From Verrucomicrobiia bacterium (GTDB lineage: Bacteria; Verrucomicrobiota; Verrucomicrobiia; Limisphaerales; JAYPXF01): a DNA stretch of 64,000 nt. The notes below the pieces were generated by a model. That model was not told the DNA's origin, did no database searches, and worked only from the letters and a program-made list of their open reading frames with translations. The position numbers and the translations under genes are program-made. The stretch is from positions 120 to 64,119 of the forward strand of contig JADHOF010000001.1 in the NCBI GenBank assembly GCA_016779125.1. The letters run 5' to 3'. Of the stretch, positions 10,085 through 20,900 are shown piece after piece; position 1 is the first letter of the stretch; each line of letters opens with the position of its first letter.

Positions 10085-11275
10085 ATGTTCCGATTCATCC
10101 GACAAGCCTTCGAAATCACCCGCCTCTCTCTCGCCACCCTGGGCCAACGCAAGGGCTCGTCATTCGCCTCCGTCTTTGGAATCGCCGGCGTCGTCGCCGT
10201 CTTTGTCGGCGTGCTCTCCATCGGACAGGGCTTTCGCAACGCCATGACCATCGCGGGCTCTCCGCGCAATGCGGTCGTGCTGCGAAGCGGCGCCGATTCG
10301 GAGATGATGAGCGGTGTGAGCCGGGAAGAATCTCGAATCATCAGCGAGGCGCCGGGAATCGCGAGGGGTGGCAACGGACCTCTCTCCTCGGCGGAACTCT
10401 TCGTGGTGATCAACCTGCCCAAGCGCTCAACCGGCACGGATGCCAACGTCCCGCTGCGCGGAGTCGGCCAGGAAGCGTTCGACGTCCGGGACGACATCGA
10501 AATCGTGAAAGGCCGGCGTTTTGAAACCGGCAGGAACGAGGTCATCGTGGGCCGTGCCGCCGCACTCGAGTTCGCCGGCCTTGAATTGGGAGGCAAGGTG
10601 GAGGTCGGCAAAAACGAATGGACGGTTGTGGGCATCTTCACCCAGCGCGGAGGCATCGCTGAATCGGAGATGTGGACGGACGCCAGCGTCCTGCAATCCG
10701 CCTACCGCAGAGGGGACACCTTTCAAGCCGTCTATGCCCGACTGACCGGTCAAGAGGCATTCAACGAATTCAAGGATGCCCTCACCACCGATCCGCGCCT
10801 CAACGTGAAGGTCATCCGACAAACGGACTTCTACTCCGAACAATCCACCGCCATCTACAATCTCATCGTCGGCCTCGGAGCCATCATCGCCATCCTGATG
10901 GCGGTGGGTGCGGTTTTCGGAGCCTTGAACACCATGTTCAGCGCGGTGGCCACCCGGACGCGGGAAATCGCCACCCTGCGCGCGCTCGGTTTCAACGGCC
11001 TGCCCGTGGTGGTTTCAATTTTGCTCGAGTCCGTCGTCCTGGCACTGGTCGGCGGAGGACTCGGCGGCGGGTTGGCATGGTGGGCCTTCGACGGATACCA
11101 GGCCTCGACCATCAACTGGCAAACCTTCAGCCAGGTCGCCTTCGCCTTCGACGTGACCCCGTCCCTGCTCGCCCAAGGCATCTTCTACGCGACGGTGATC
11201 GGAATGGTCGGCGGCCTCTTCCCCGCCATTCGCGCAGCCCGCATGCCGGTGGCCACGGCCCTTCGGGAAATCTAG
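10085..11275 (+). CDS. ABC transporter permease, FtsX/MacB-like (second copy)
   Basis: Same architecture as the preceding gene (REIATLRALGF). Confidence 0.85.
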   Translation: MFRFIRQAFEITRLSLATLGQRKGSSFASVFGIAGVVAVFVGVLSIGQGFRNAMTIAGSPRNAVVLRSGADSEMMSGVSREESRIISEAPGIARGGNGPLSSAELFVVINLPKRSTGTDANVPLRGVGQEAFDVRDDIEIVKGRRFETGRNEVIVGRAAALEFAGLELGGKVEVGKNEWTVVGIFTQRGGIAESEMWTDASVLQSAYRRGDTFQAVYARLTGQEAFNEFKDALTTDPRLNVKVIRQTDFYSEQSTAIYNLIVGLGAIIAILMAVGAVFGALNTMFSAVATRTREIATLRALGFNGLPVVVSILLESVVLALVGGGLGGGLAWWAFDGYQASTINWQTFSQVAFAFDVTPSLLAQGIFYATVIGMVGGLFPAIRAARMPVATALREI

Positions 11276-11365
11276 CCAAGCGCCATTCCGCAGGCCGTCA
11301 TGACGAGCGGCGCAGTGCCACATTTTCTGATCGATACAACTCCGCCCAAAAAACATTCTCGACGT

Positions 11366-12046
11366 ATGAAAAAAACCGCCTTCATCACCACCCTGCTCGC
11401 GAGCTTGTTCGTCTTGACCACCGTCGAAGCCGGCGATTTCAAGACGACGCTCTTCGCGGACGATTTCTCGGGATCGAAAATCAAATCCGAGTGGAAAAGC
11501 TGGAAGAGTGAATCCGTCGTGCGCGACGGCGTGCTGGTCGGAATCACCCCAAAGACCGCCGATCACCCCTCCGTCAACACAATCAAACTCGGCCCGCAGG
11601 CCGATCTGGAAGTGTCAGTCTCGTTTCAGTTCAACGGTTCCCCCAGCTTCTCGATCATGTTCCGCGATCTTGAATACAAAGGCTCCCACGCCGGCCATAT
11701 TTGCCACGTGGCTGTCAGCCCCAAGTCGCTGACACTCTACGACGGCAAGACCGGGCTCTTCCGCAAGGACATCCGTGAAGCCCGTCAGGCCGGAAAAAAA
11801 CTCGACGCGGCCACGCAGAGCCTGCTCGCCAGCAAGACCTCCCGCAACAATCTCAAGCTCGACCCCAAGGCCTGGCACGACCTGGTCATCCGTATCGAAG
11901 GCGATGTCCTTGAAGTATTGATCGACGGCAAAAAGGCCGGACGCCTCGAGTCCGAAGGCATCGCACATACGACCAAATCCGAAATGAACATCACCACCGT
12001 CAACCGCGAGGTCCACTACGACAACTTCGCCGTCCGGGCGCGTTGA
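11366..12046 (+). CDS. Secreted concanavalin/LamG-like protein (DUF1080-like)
   Basis: Signal peptide MKKTAFITTLLASLFVLTTVEA. The beta-rich body ends in VHYDNFAVRA, resembling the DUF1080 layout. The start is taken at the signal-peptide Met, not the ORF-track start 11300. Confidence 0.5.
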   Translation: MKKTAFITTLLASLFVLTTVEAGDFKTTLFADDFSGSKIKSEWKSWKSESVVRDGVLVGITPKTADHPSVNTIKLGPQADLEVSVSFQFNGSPSFSIMFRDLEYKGSHAGHICHVAVSPKSLTLYDGKTGLFRKDIREARQAGKKLDAATQSLLASKTSRNNLKLDPKAWHDLVIRIEGDVLEVLIDGKKAGRLESEGIAHTTKSEMNITTVNREVHYDNFAVRAR

Positions 12047-12127
12047 TCGCCACGCGGGCGAAAACGAGAGTGGTTCGAACGCTTTCAGACAAACCTCCGA
12101 CAACCTCTCCGGAACGCCCCGCAGGCT

Positions 12128-13498
12128 TCATGCGGATTCCTTACCAGGCAATCTGACCACAAAGGTGGCCCCTTCCCCGGGCCGACTCAGGCATTCCACG
12201 GAGCCGCGCATCGTCTCAACCAGTCGCTTCACGATACAGAGCCCAAGTCCGTTCGAGGATTCCCCTCCGGTTGGCCGCGCACTGAGGCGGGTGAATTTTC
12301 GAAACAGCTTTTTGCGATCTTCCTCGCTGATTCCCGGCCCCTGATCGAGAACATCGACTCGGCCCATGCCGTCCTCCAATGCCACGCTCACTTTGATTTC
12401 CGACGCCTTTGGCGAATACTTCAAAGCGTTCGAGACGAGATTGTCGAGGACTTGGATCGCCGCGCTCCGGTCTGCCCTGACAAGCACTTCGGCAGGCGCA
12501 TCCAACCGCAAGCTCGATCCTTTCGTGACGGCATTCTGAGCGTTCTGATCCACTGCCGCGCGGGCGATTTCCCTGAGATCATGGGTCTCGATTTTCGTGG
12601 AAAAGAGCCCTTCCTCAATCGCATTCACGTCGAGCAAATCACGAACCAGGTCCCGCATCCGCGTGCCGGACGCGTAAATGTTCCCGGCCACCGCGTCGAC
12701 CAGCTCCGGGCGTCCCATTCTCAGAAGCTCGGCGCTGGTGATGATCGTCGTCAGCGGATTGTTCAGGTCATGGGCGGCAATGCTCAGGAACTCGTTCTTT
12801 TCCCGGTTCAAATGAGCCAGTCTGGCATTGGTCGACTCCAGCTTTCCCATTGCGTCCTTCAAGGCCCGATGAGCGCGACTCCGACCGGCTTCGAATATGA
12901 GCCCCAGACCAAACAGAAAGGCGATCAAACCCGCATAGCCCACAGCCGAGATCATCGAATGCCACTCGGGCCGATAGGTCGCGGGCGGATGCCATTCGTT
13001 CATGCTCGCCACCGCGACGGCCCCGGCCGCAGCGAGACTGACCAGACACCAAAGCCAAGCTCCCCTGCGTCCCACCAGCAACAGCGCGCACAAGGGGACG
13101 ACCGCCAACCACGCGATGGCGTGGCCATATAATCCTCCTTCGACGAGGCAGAGTGCGGACAAACCCAAGGCGAGAACAAAGGAAAGCAAATGCCCGCCGA
13201 GCGCAACGGAACCGGTCGATCGCATCACCAAGGGTGTGAATGCGAGAAGTGTGCAGCTGACCCCCAGGATCTGAGCACCGAAATAATGACCAATCGCGGT
13301 GTAAAACGCAGCGTATGCCAGACCGAAGAAAATTCCCAGAAAGCCGAATCCAGTCACCATTCCCGCCAATCTCCTCCGGTCGGGATCACCGTCAAAGTCA
13401 TCCCCAAGAAAACGGGACGCCAAGCCCGCCACCACACCGTCGATCCGCATTCTCACGGACAGTCTGGTCGCTTTGCTCTCTGAATCCGTCGAATGCAA
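12128..13498 (-). CDS. Membrane sensor histidine kinase (about 6 TM helices at the N-terminus, HisKA + HATPase_c); no response regulator adjacent
   Basis: H-box FLSIAAHDLNNPL, N-box NLVSNALKYS and G-boxes DQGPGI / GLGLCIVK. Confidence 0.85.
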   Translation of the reverse strand: MHSTDSESKATRLSVRMRIDGVVAGLASRFLGDDFDGDPDRRRLAGMVTGFGFLGIFFGLAYAAFYTAIGHYFGAQILGVSCTLLAFTPLVMRSTGSVALGGHLLSFVLALGLSALCLVEGGLYGHAIAWLAVVPLCALLLVGRRGAWLWCLVSLAAAGAVAVASMNEWHPPATYRPEWHSMISAVGYAGLIAFLFGLGLIFEAGRSRAHRALKDAMGKLESTNARLAHLNREKNEFLSIAAHDLNNPLTTIITSAELLRMGRPELVDAVAGNIYASGTRMRDLVRDLLDVNAIEEGLFSTKIETHDLREIARAAVDQNAQNAVTKGSSLRLDAPAEVLVRADRSAAIQVLDNLVSNALKYSPKASEIKVSVALEDGMGRVDVLDQGPGISEEDRKKLFRKFTRLSARPTGGESSNGLGLCIVKRLVETMRGSVECLSRPGEGATFVVRLPGKESA

Positions 13499-13601
13499 TC
13501 GGCAATGAAATTAGTTCCGAACGCGGGTGCTTGCAAACGAGTCCGACAATGAATTGGAACGACCGTCAGCAGATCCGCAGTGGTGGTGCCGGAGCAAGCG
13601 T

Positions 13602-13625
13602 GGTTCGAGGGTTCGAGGGTTCGAA
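13602..13625. repeat. Tandem 8-bp repeat GGTTCGAG GGTTCGAG GGTTCGAA in the intergenic spacer
   Basis: Read directly from the sequence between the DUF336 gene stop and the histidine kinase start. Confidence 0.9.
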
Positions 13626-13667
13626 AGCTGACTGCTGGAAAATCAACACCAAGTCTACCGAAGGAGG

Positions 13668-15275
13668 TTAAAGCGCCGGATTTCTGGGAAACTTCACGTA
13701 GGGCAATCTCGCCCCACGATGAATAAAACGATCCGAGCGGATGTTGTCGGGCGCGGGGAAAAGCGCCGCGCCGCTTGCCGCCACGATGTCGTCCTGATCA
13801 ATGCCGTCTCCACTGACGCCGATCGCGCCGATCATCACGCCGTCCCGATACAGGGGAATTCCGCCCGGAAAGATGGTGATGCCATTCGGCAGGTTCGGAT
13901 TCACGGCCGTGCTGGAGGTGAAGGTCGCTCCGCTCACCGGATTGAACACGGAGGCCGCGACCGGCGTGATGATTGAAAATCGATCCTGCAAGCCATGGAA
14001 GGCACCCGGCACCGTGCCGACGATTCCCGGCGGATAAAAAACCTGCGCGAGAAAACCCACGGCACGAGTGGAGAACGCCCGGGTTTCATCGGAAAAAAAC
14101 ACGCTGGTCCTGGCCTTCTGCACGGCGACATCCCAGCTGAAACGCGTCGAGTCCGGAGACGTTCCAAAGGTTCCCAACACAATCGGCGGCGAGCCGTCCA
14201 CAGCCGGATTGTTCACAACCGAAATGTAGGCCTGCATCTGCCGTCCCCGTGGCAGCCGGATGCCGGCACGGGTCGTCCGCACGCGATCCGCAGCCGCCGC
14301 GATGATCGCCGTCACTTCCGCCGCCGTGAGCCGGGCGGTTCCTCCCGGCAGCGCCACCACCGACGGATCGCCGACAATGGGCTGGCGCAACTCACCGGTC
14401 AGGCCTCCGAAGGTCGCGACGGGATAGCTGACACCAAAGGTCGTAAAGGGACTGGCGGTGATTGGAAACGTGGCATACACGGCCCCGATGGTTCCCAGCG
14501 GTGCCACCAAACCCAGGCTGGTGTTCGATGTGACGTAGGGAACCCGGATGCCGTCGATAAACACGTGCGAGCCGTGGATCGCCGGATCGGGTGCGAAGCC
14601 GATCTGCCCGGACAGCGCGACGTCCTCGTCCATGTCGGGCGCGAGCACGCTCTCCGTCGTGATGTCCAGCGGCCCGTCTCCGTCGCCCGCCACGCCCACA
14701 CCACCGACCAGTGAACCGGCCTTGTAGAGAGGAACTCCTCCCGCCGTTCCCGCCAGCCCCCCGGACACCGGCAACGGCACCGCCGCGCCGTTCACACCGC
14801 TCGCCCCCGCGCCGACACTGAACGTCCCCGGATCCTTGAATCGATTCACATCGCTGAAGGAGAGTTGTGAGAAGTTCACGCCGACCAACGGCCCGGGCGG
14901 TCGATTCCGAGCGCCGGCCGGGAAATGACGCTGAACGATCGCCGCCGCCGTGCGACTGGTGAAGGCGTGATTGTCGCTGCTCAAAAACGCGGCCGTACCC
15001 GCCTTGGCGATGGCGTTCGGAAGTTTGTCGAGAAAGGCCGCGCTCGCGGTGTCGCCGTCCGCGCTCCAGACGCCAAGAAGATAGCCTTCGCGATCCACCA
15101 CCGCGATCACGCTTGCCGGGGAAACCACCGAAGCCCGGGACACCGCCTGCGCGATCACGATCGACACGTCCCCCGCCGTCATCTGCGCGCGCGCCGACAC
15201 CAGCTGGCAGACGACGCAAACAATGATCAACAACCGTGTCACCTCGACAGCTTCTCCCGCCCAGCGGCCCCGCAA
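13668..15275 (-). CDS. Secreted protein with two GlcG/HbpS-like (DUF336) haem/corrinoid-binding-type domains
   Basis: Two copies of the DUF336 C-terminal signature (GGVPLYKAGSLVGGVGVAGDGD and GGIPLYRDGVMIGAIGVSGDGIDQDDIVA). The signal peptide is TRLLIIVCVVCQLVSARAQ. The start is TTG 15275 or GTG 15242. Confidence 0.7.
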   Translation of the reverse strand: MRGRWAGEAVEVTRLLIIVCVVCQLVSARAQMTAGDVSIVIAQAVSRASVVSPASVIAVVDREGYLLGVWSADGDTASAAFLDKLPNAIAKAGTAAFLSSDNHAFTSRTAAAIVQRHFPAGARNRPPGPLVGVNFSQLSFSDVNRFKDPGTFSVGAGASGVNGAAVPLPVSGGLAGTAGGVPLYKAGSLVGGVGVAGDGDGPLDITTESVLAPDMDEDVALSGQIGFAPDPAIHGSHVFIDGIRVPYVTSNTSLGLVAPLGTIGAVYATFPITASPFTTFGVSYPVATFGGLTGELRQPIVGDPSVVALPGGTARLTAAEVTAIIAAAADRVRTTRAGIRLPRGRQMQAYISVVNNPAVDGSPPIVLGTFGTSPDSTRFSWDVAVQKARTSVFFSDETRAFSTRAVGFLAQVFYPPGIVGTVPGAFHGLQDRFSIITPVAASVFNPVSGATFTSSTAVNPNLPNGITIFPGGIPLYRDGVMIGAIGVSGDGIDQDDIVAASGAALFPAPDNIRSDRFIHRGARLPYVKFPRNPAL

Positions 15276-15360
15276 GCAAGGTCAAACTTCATTCAAGCGC
15301 CGGACCAGAAGCCCGATTGACCTTGCCGCGCTCTTCAAAATTCAAGTTTCATCCCGCGAC

Positions 15361-17937
15361 ATGCCGGTCCGACTGAAGCAATGGTACCTTTCCTCCTCAA
15401 GGTGCCTTCGTCGGCTGGGCGGACTCGCTCTCCCTCTCTTCGCAACCCATCACGCCGCCATCGCGGATACCATCGGGGACGCGTTGGCCGAACGCGATCG
15501 GCTCAAGCCCCTTCAGGAGAAAACGCCGGGACCGCCACCCGCAAGCCCGTCGTCCTTCAACCCCGATCCCGGCGATCCGTTCGCCTTCCCGCTGACGCTG
15601 TTCACGGATGCGTCCGGCGAGTGGCGTTCCGAAGTAACCCTGTCGCTCGGTTCCGCTCCGGCACCACCGGGTGATTTCAATCCCGACCCGGCCACGACGA
15701 CCGCCATCCCGACGCCCGCAGCGGAAACTTATCGTCTCGATTTGCGACGAGGCGACAGCCACGCCCCTCAAACTCCGACGCAGTTCAACCCGGATCCCGG
15801 GGCTCATCTCAAGCCCCCGCCGCCGCCGCGTTACTACCCCTACCGTTTCGAACTCACGGACCCGCAAGTCGCGAACCCTCTGCCCTCGGAGCTGCGCTTG
15901 CCGCGCGAAGCCGTCCGGCATCTGGAGTTGGTCCCGGTGCCCGAAGCAAAAGGAAACCCGGGCGGGACGCTCCCGCCCTATGCCGGGTCGCCCAAACGCC
16001 TCAATCAACTCATCCCCTTCTCCGCCTCGACCCATGTGAGTTACGGACTCGATCCGCTTCCCGCCGAGCAATCCCTCCCGCGAAACGGCACGATCCGCAA
16101 TCTGCCCGCGCCGACTCATTTTGGCAGTCACGGTCTTCATCGAGATCACCACGCCACGCTGCCTCCGCATACCGCATCCAAGAACGACCGCTACCGCGTC
16201 GGCTTCATGCCCTGGCGCCGCTACACCGGAGGCAGGCTGGAGGAGCAACCCTTCGGCTATCCCGATCCCGAACTGTGGCACTGGTATCGGCAAAGCCGGC
16301 TGAAGGGCGATCTGCCGATCATCGGACAGGACATCTTCCTCAACCTGACCGCCTTCTCCCAGACGCTCTTCGAGGCACGGCGGGTTCCCACACCGAGCAT
16401 GATCAGCGCGGCCGTGCCGGGCCAATCGGAGTTTTTTGGACGCGGCGAGCAGATGGCGGTGAATCAGAATCTCGGCTTCAGCATGAGCCTGTTTCGCGGC
16501 GAGGCCCTTGCTTTCAAGCCGCTGGAGTGGGAGATCAAGCTGACCCCGATCTATAACATCAACTATGTGGAGACCCGGGAGACGGGCCTCGTTTCGCCCG
16601 ATCCGCGCGGCGTGCTGGGCGGCGGTCCGGGCAACAATCTCATTCCGGTCGGCAACGGCGGCGTGGTGAATCCCGGCGACATCGACGCCCTTCTCAACGG
16701 CCAGCTCTTCACGCTGGCAGACCTGACCGGCACACGCTCCACCACGCGAACGCGGGAGTATCTGGCGCTTCAGGAGGCGTTTCTCGAACTACACCTCGGC
16801 GACCTCTCGGACAATTACGACTTCTTCGCGTTCCGTGGCGGCAACCAGCATTTCACAAGCGACTTTCGCGGCTTCCTTTTCAACGACATCAACACCGGAT
16901 TTCGCGTCTTCGGCAACTATTGGAACAACCGCCTCCAGTACAACGCCGCGCTCTTCCTCATGCGGGAGAAGGACACGAACTCGGAACTCAACTCCTTCAA
17001 CAACCGCCACCAACAGGTCGTCGTCGCAAACCTGTATTGGCAGGATTTTCTCACCAAGGGCTACACCGCGCTGTTCAGCTTCCACGCGAACCACGACAAC
17101 GAAGACCTCTTTTACGACCGCAACGATCTCATCGTGCGCCCCGCTCCGCTCGGCACGGTCGTTCCCCACGAAGTCCGCGCCTACTACCTCGGCTGGGGCG
17201 GCGACGGTCACTTCGGCCGATTGAACATCTCGCACCAGTTCTATCAGGCCTTTGGCCGGGATGAATTCAACGGCTTGGCGGGCCGGCCCGTAAACCTCGA
17301 CGCGCAGTTCGCCGCGCTGGAACTCTCGCTCGATCAGGACTGGCTCCGCTACAAGGCCTCCTTCGTCTACGCCTCGGGAGACGCCAATTCCGAAGACGGC
17401 ACCGCGACCGGTTTCGACACCATTCTGGACAACGTGAACTTCGTCGGCGGCCCCTTCAGCTACTACCTGCGACAGGGTTTCAATCTGGGCGGCACCGCCA
17501 TCAATTTCAAACAGCGCGACAGCCTCGTGCCGGACCTCCGCTCCAGCAAGGTTCACGGCCAGGCGAACTTCGTGAACCCGGGCGTCTATCTCTGGGGACT
17601 CGGGCTCGAAGCGGAAATCACCCCGAAGTTTCGCGCCTTCGCCAACGCGAACTACATCCGCATGGCCGAGACCGATCCCATCCGCACCGCGTTGCTGGTG
17701 GACAAGGTCAGCCGCGAGATAGGTTGGGACCTCAGTCTCGGAATCCAGTATCGCCCCATGCTCACCGACAACGTCATCATCAACGCCGGCTTCGGCGCGC
17801 TGTTGCCCGGGCAGGGCTACCGTGACATCTATCGCCGCAACCCCAATCCCGTTCCCGGCTTCCAACCTTCCAGCGACGCCGGCAAGGTGGACGGATTCCT
17901 TTACAGCGGGCTTTTCGCCCTGACCCTGACCTACTGA
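15361..17937 (+). CDS. Large outer-membrane beta-barrel-like protein with a Pro-rich N-terminal extension
   Basis: N-terminal signal-like segment, about 300 aa of Pro-rich region, then alternating amphipathic beta-strand-like sequence ending in aromatic ...FALTLTY. The start is taken at ATG 15361 rather than ORF-track 15223. Confidence 0.6.
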   Translation: MPVRLKQWYLSSSRCLRRLGGLALPLFATHHAAIADTIGDALAERDRLKPLQEKTPGPPPASPSSFNPDPGDPFAFPLTLFTDASGEWRSEVTLSLGSAPAPPGDFNPDPATTTAIPTPAAETYRLDLRRGDSHAPQTPTQFNPDPGAHLKPPPPPRYYPYRFELTDPQVANPLPSELRLPREAVRHLELVPVPEAKGNPGGTLPPYAGSPKRLNQLIPFSASTHVSYGLDPLPAEQSLPRNGTIRNLPAPTHFGSHGLHRDHHATLPPHTASKNDRYRVGFMPWRRYTGGRLEEQPFGYPDPELWHWYRQSRLKGDLPIIGQDIFLNLTAFSQTLFEARRVPTPSMISAAVPGQSEFFGRGEQMAVNQNLGFSMSLFRGEALAFKPLEWEIKLTPIYNINYVETRETGLVSPDPRGVLGGGPGNNLIPVGNGGVVNPGDIDALLNGQLFTLADLTGTRSTTRTREYLALQEAFLELHLGDLSDNYDFFAFRGGNQHFTSDFRGFLFNDINTGFRVFGNYWNNRLQYNAALFLMREKDTNSELNSFNNRHQQVVVANLYWQDFLTKGYTALFSFHANHDNEDLFYDRNDLIVRPAPLGTVVPHEVRAYYLGWGGDGHFGRLNISHQFYQAFGRDEFNGLAGRPVNLDAQFAALELSLDQDWLRYKASFVYASGDANSEDGTATGFDTILDNVNFVGGPFSYYLRQGFNLGGTAINFKQRDSLVPDLRSSKVHGQANFVNPGVYLWGLGLEAEITPKFRAFANANYIRMAETDPIRTALLVDKVSREIGWDLSLGIQYRPMLTDNVIINAGFGALLPGQGYRDIYRRNPNPVPGFQPSSDAGKVDGFLYSGLFALTLTY

Positions 17938-17938
17938 C

Positions 17939-20900
17939 ATGAAACTTGCCCGCGCACTCATCACGGCCCTTGCGCTCCTGATCCCGGGGACCTTCGTCGC
18001 CGCGGAAGAAACCGGCTACGGCCCGCCGATATCCGTCGCGACAACCGCGCCCCCCGCAAAAACCAAGACGCTGCCGCCGCCCAACTGGATCGATCAATCG
18101 CGGGACGAGGCCCGCCGCAAAAGCGCAGGCTGCCTCGAATGCCATGTCGGCCTCGACGCCCACACGATGCACACCTCGCCAAACGTCGTGCTCGGCTGCA
18201 CCGACTGCCACGGCGGCAACGCCACGCCCGGACTCACCTTGCGAAAGGCCCACGTCACCCCGCGCCACCCGGAACTCTGGCCCGGCTCGGCGAACCCGAA
18301 CAACTCCTCCGTCATTCTCAACCACGAATCCCCCGAATTCATTCAATTCGTAAATCCAGGCGACCTCCGCGTGGCCGAAAAGGCCTGCGGGCTCTGTCAT
18401 CAGAAAGAGATCCGCGACGTCTCGCACAGCATGATGCGCCACGGTGCCATGCTCTGGGGCGCGGCCCTCTACAACAACGGCGGATTCCCCCACAAGAACT
18501 ACCGCTACGGCCAGGCTTACGCGGAGGACGGCACCGCCCTGCGCCTGATCAACCGTCTGATCTCCACGAACTCGAACGGCGAAATCGTCAATCCCATCAC
18601 GCCAAAGATGACGCTCGAATACGGCATCCTTCCCTACATCGATCCCCTGCCGCGCTTCGTCATCGGACAACCGAGCAACATTCTTCGCATCTTCGAACGC
18701 GGCGGAGAGAAACCGCTCGAACTCGGCATCCCGAACATTTTCGAACCGCCCGGCCGGCCGCTTCGCCGCCTGTCCGATCGCGGACTCGGCACCCTGAACC
18801 GGATCGATCCCGTGTATCTCAATCTCCAGAAAACCCGCCTGCACGATCCCGTGCTCGACTTCATGGGCAGCAACAACCACCCCGGCGACTATCGCTCCAG
18901 CGGTTGCACCGCCTGCCATGTCATTTACGCGAACGACCGCTCCCCCTCCAATTCCGGCTGGTATTCCAAATACGGGCACCAGGGACTCAGCTTCAGCGGC
19001 GATCAGGCCATCCGGAAGGACGAACGCGGCCATCCGATCAAGCACGAGTTCACCCGCTCCATCCCGTCCAGCCAGTGCATGAACTGCCACATGCATCAGG
19101 GCAACCTCTTCGTGAACCCCTTCCTTGGCTACACGTGGTGGGACCAGGAAAGCGACGCCAAGTTCATGTACCCCAACCCCCGCAACCCGCTCGCGGACGC
19201 CCCCCACTTTCGTGGCACCAAGGAGCGGAGCGCATTCACGGAACAGAAAAATCCCACCGACGAGGAGATGGTGGAGAACATCGTCAAAAATCCCGAAGCC
19301 GCCGCCGCGCGCGGACTGTGGGGCGACCTCGATTTCCTCGAAAAGGTCGCCGAGCTGAACCCGAAGCTGAAGGAGACCCAATTCGCCGACTACCACGGGC
19401 ACGGCTGGGTCTTCCGCGCGGTGTTCAAAAAGGACCGTGAAGGCAATCTCCGCGACATCGACGATCAGCTCATTCCCCAGGACGATGAACACAAGTTCGC
19501 CAAGGCCGTCCACCTGAAGGACATCCACCTGGCCAAAGGCATGCAATGCGTCGACTGCCATTTCAAGGTGGACGCCCACGGCGACGGCATGCTCTACGGC
19601 GAACCCCGGGCAGCCACGAGCATCGAGTGCATCGACTGCCACGGCACGGTCAACGAGCGTCCAACCCTGCGCGCTTCCGGCAACGGCGGAAAATACCTCA
19701 CCAACGACCGCGGCGTGGATCTCGCGGCGACCAGCACGCCCTGGGGACCGCGCTTCGTCTGGGAGGGCGCCAAACTCGTCCAACAGTCCTCCATGTCACC
19801 GGACATGCGCTGGGAGATTCCACAGACCATCGACGTCGTGAACCCGCGCCATCCCAAATACAACGAGAAGGCCCGCTACGCCAAGACGCTCCGCCGGGAC
19901 GGCGAGACCTGGGGCGATGTGCCCGCGAAAAACGAATGCCCCGAGGCCCTCGCCCACGACAACGGCAACATCTCCTGCCAGATCTGCCACAGCTCCTGGG
20001 CAACAAGCTGCTTTGGCTGCCATCTCCCGATGAAAGCGAACCAACGGACGGCACTGAACAAGTTCGAGGGCATGACCACCCGCAACTTCACGTCCTACAA
20101 TCCGCAGGTCGTTCGGGATGACGTGTTCCAACTCGGCATCGACGCGACCTACAAGAGCAATCGTGTCGCGGTGCTCCGCTCCTCCAGCGCCGTCGTCGTC
20201 GGTTCGCAGAATCAGAACCGCGAATGGATCTATTCCCAGCAGCAGACCGTCAGCGCCGAAGGCTACAGCGGCCAGGCCTACAACCCGCACTTCCCCCACA
20301 CCACCAGCGGCCGCGGCACCACCAAAAACTGCACGGAATGCCATCTGTCCAAGGCCAACGACAACAACGCCTGGCTCACATCGCTGCTGGGCTTCGGCAC
20401 GGGGACGGTGAATTTCTTCGGGCGTTTCGCCTGGGTTGGCGCGGGCAAGGACGGACTCCATGGCGTCGCATGGACGGAACGGGAAGAACCACAGGCCGCC
20501 ATCGGCAGCCATCTCCACAAGATCGCGTATCCGGACAACTACCTGAAGCATCTGGAGAAAACGGAACAACTCGACGAGGCCTACCATCATCCCGCCGAGG
20601 AGATTCTCGATCTCACCCTTCGCGGTGAATACCTCTACACCGCCAACGGGCCCGGCGGTTTCCGCGTCTTCGACGTCGCGAACATCGACCAGAAAGGCTT
20701 CAGCGAACGCATCGTCACCGCGCCGGTGTCCCCGCTCGGACAGCGCACCTACCTGAAAACAAAATACGCGACGAGCGTCACCCTTCCGAGCACGTTGGGC
20801 ATCGACCCTCTCCGAAGCCGGATGACGAACGACCATGACCACCCGGATTTTGGGAAGATCGGAAACGACAACCAGGAACAGCCGATCAGCCTCATCTATG

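Noticed and set aside
7007-11275. The HlyD + ABC + two FtsX permeases as a novel system
   Set aside because: This is a standard MacAB-like efflux architecture that is common in PVC genomes. Nothing about it is unusual apart from the absence of an adjacent outer-membrane factor.
13560-13640. A possible tRNA or tRNA fragment, suggested by GGTTCGA T-loop-like units
   Set aside because: I could not build acceptor, D or anticodon arms around any of the units, so I treat it as a simple tandem repeat.
15397-16425. A 342-aa ORF on the - strand inside the barrel gene
   Set aside because: It is an antisense shadow ORF with no recognisable motifs and an Arg/Gly-rich composition.
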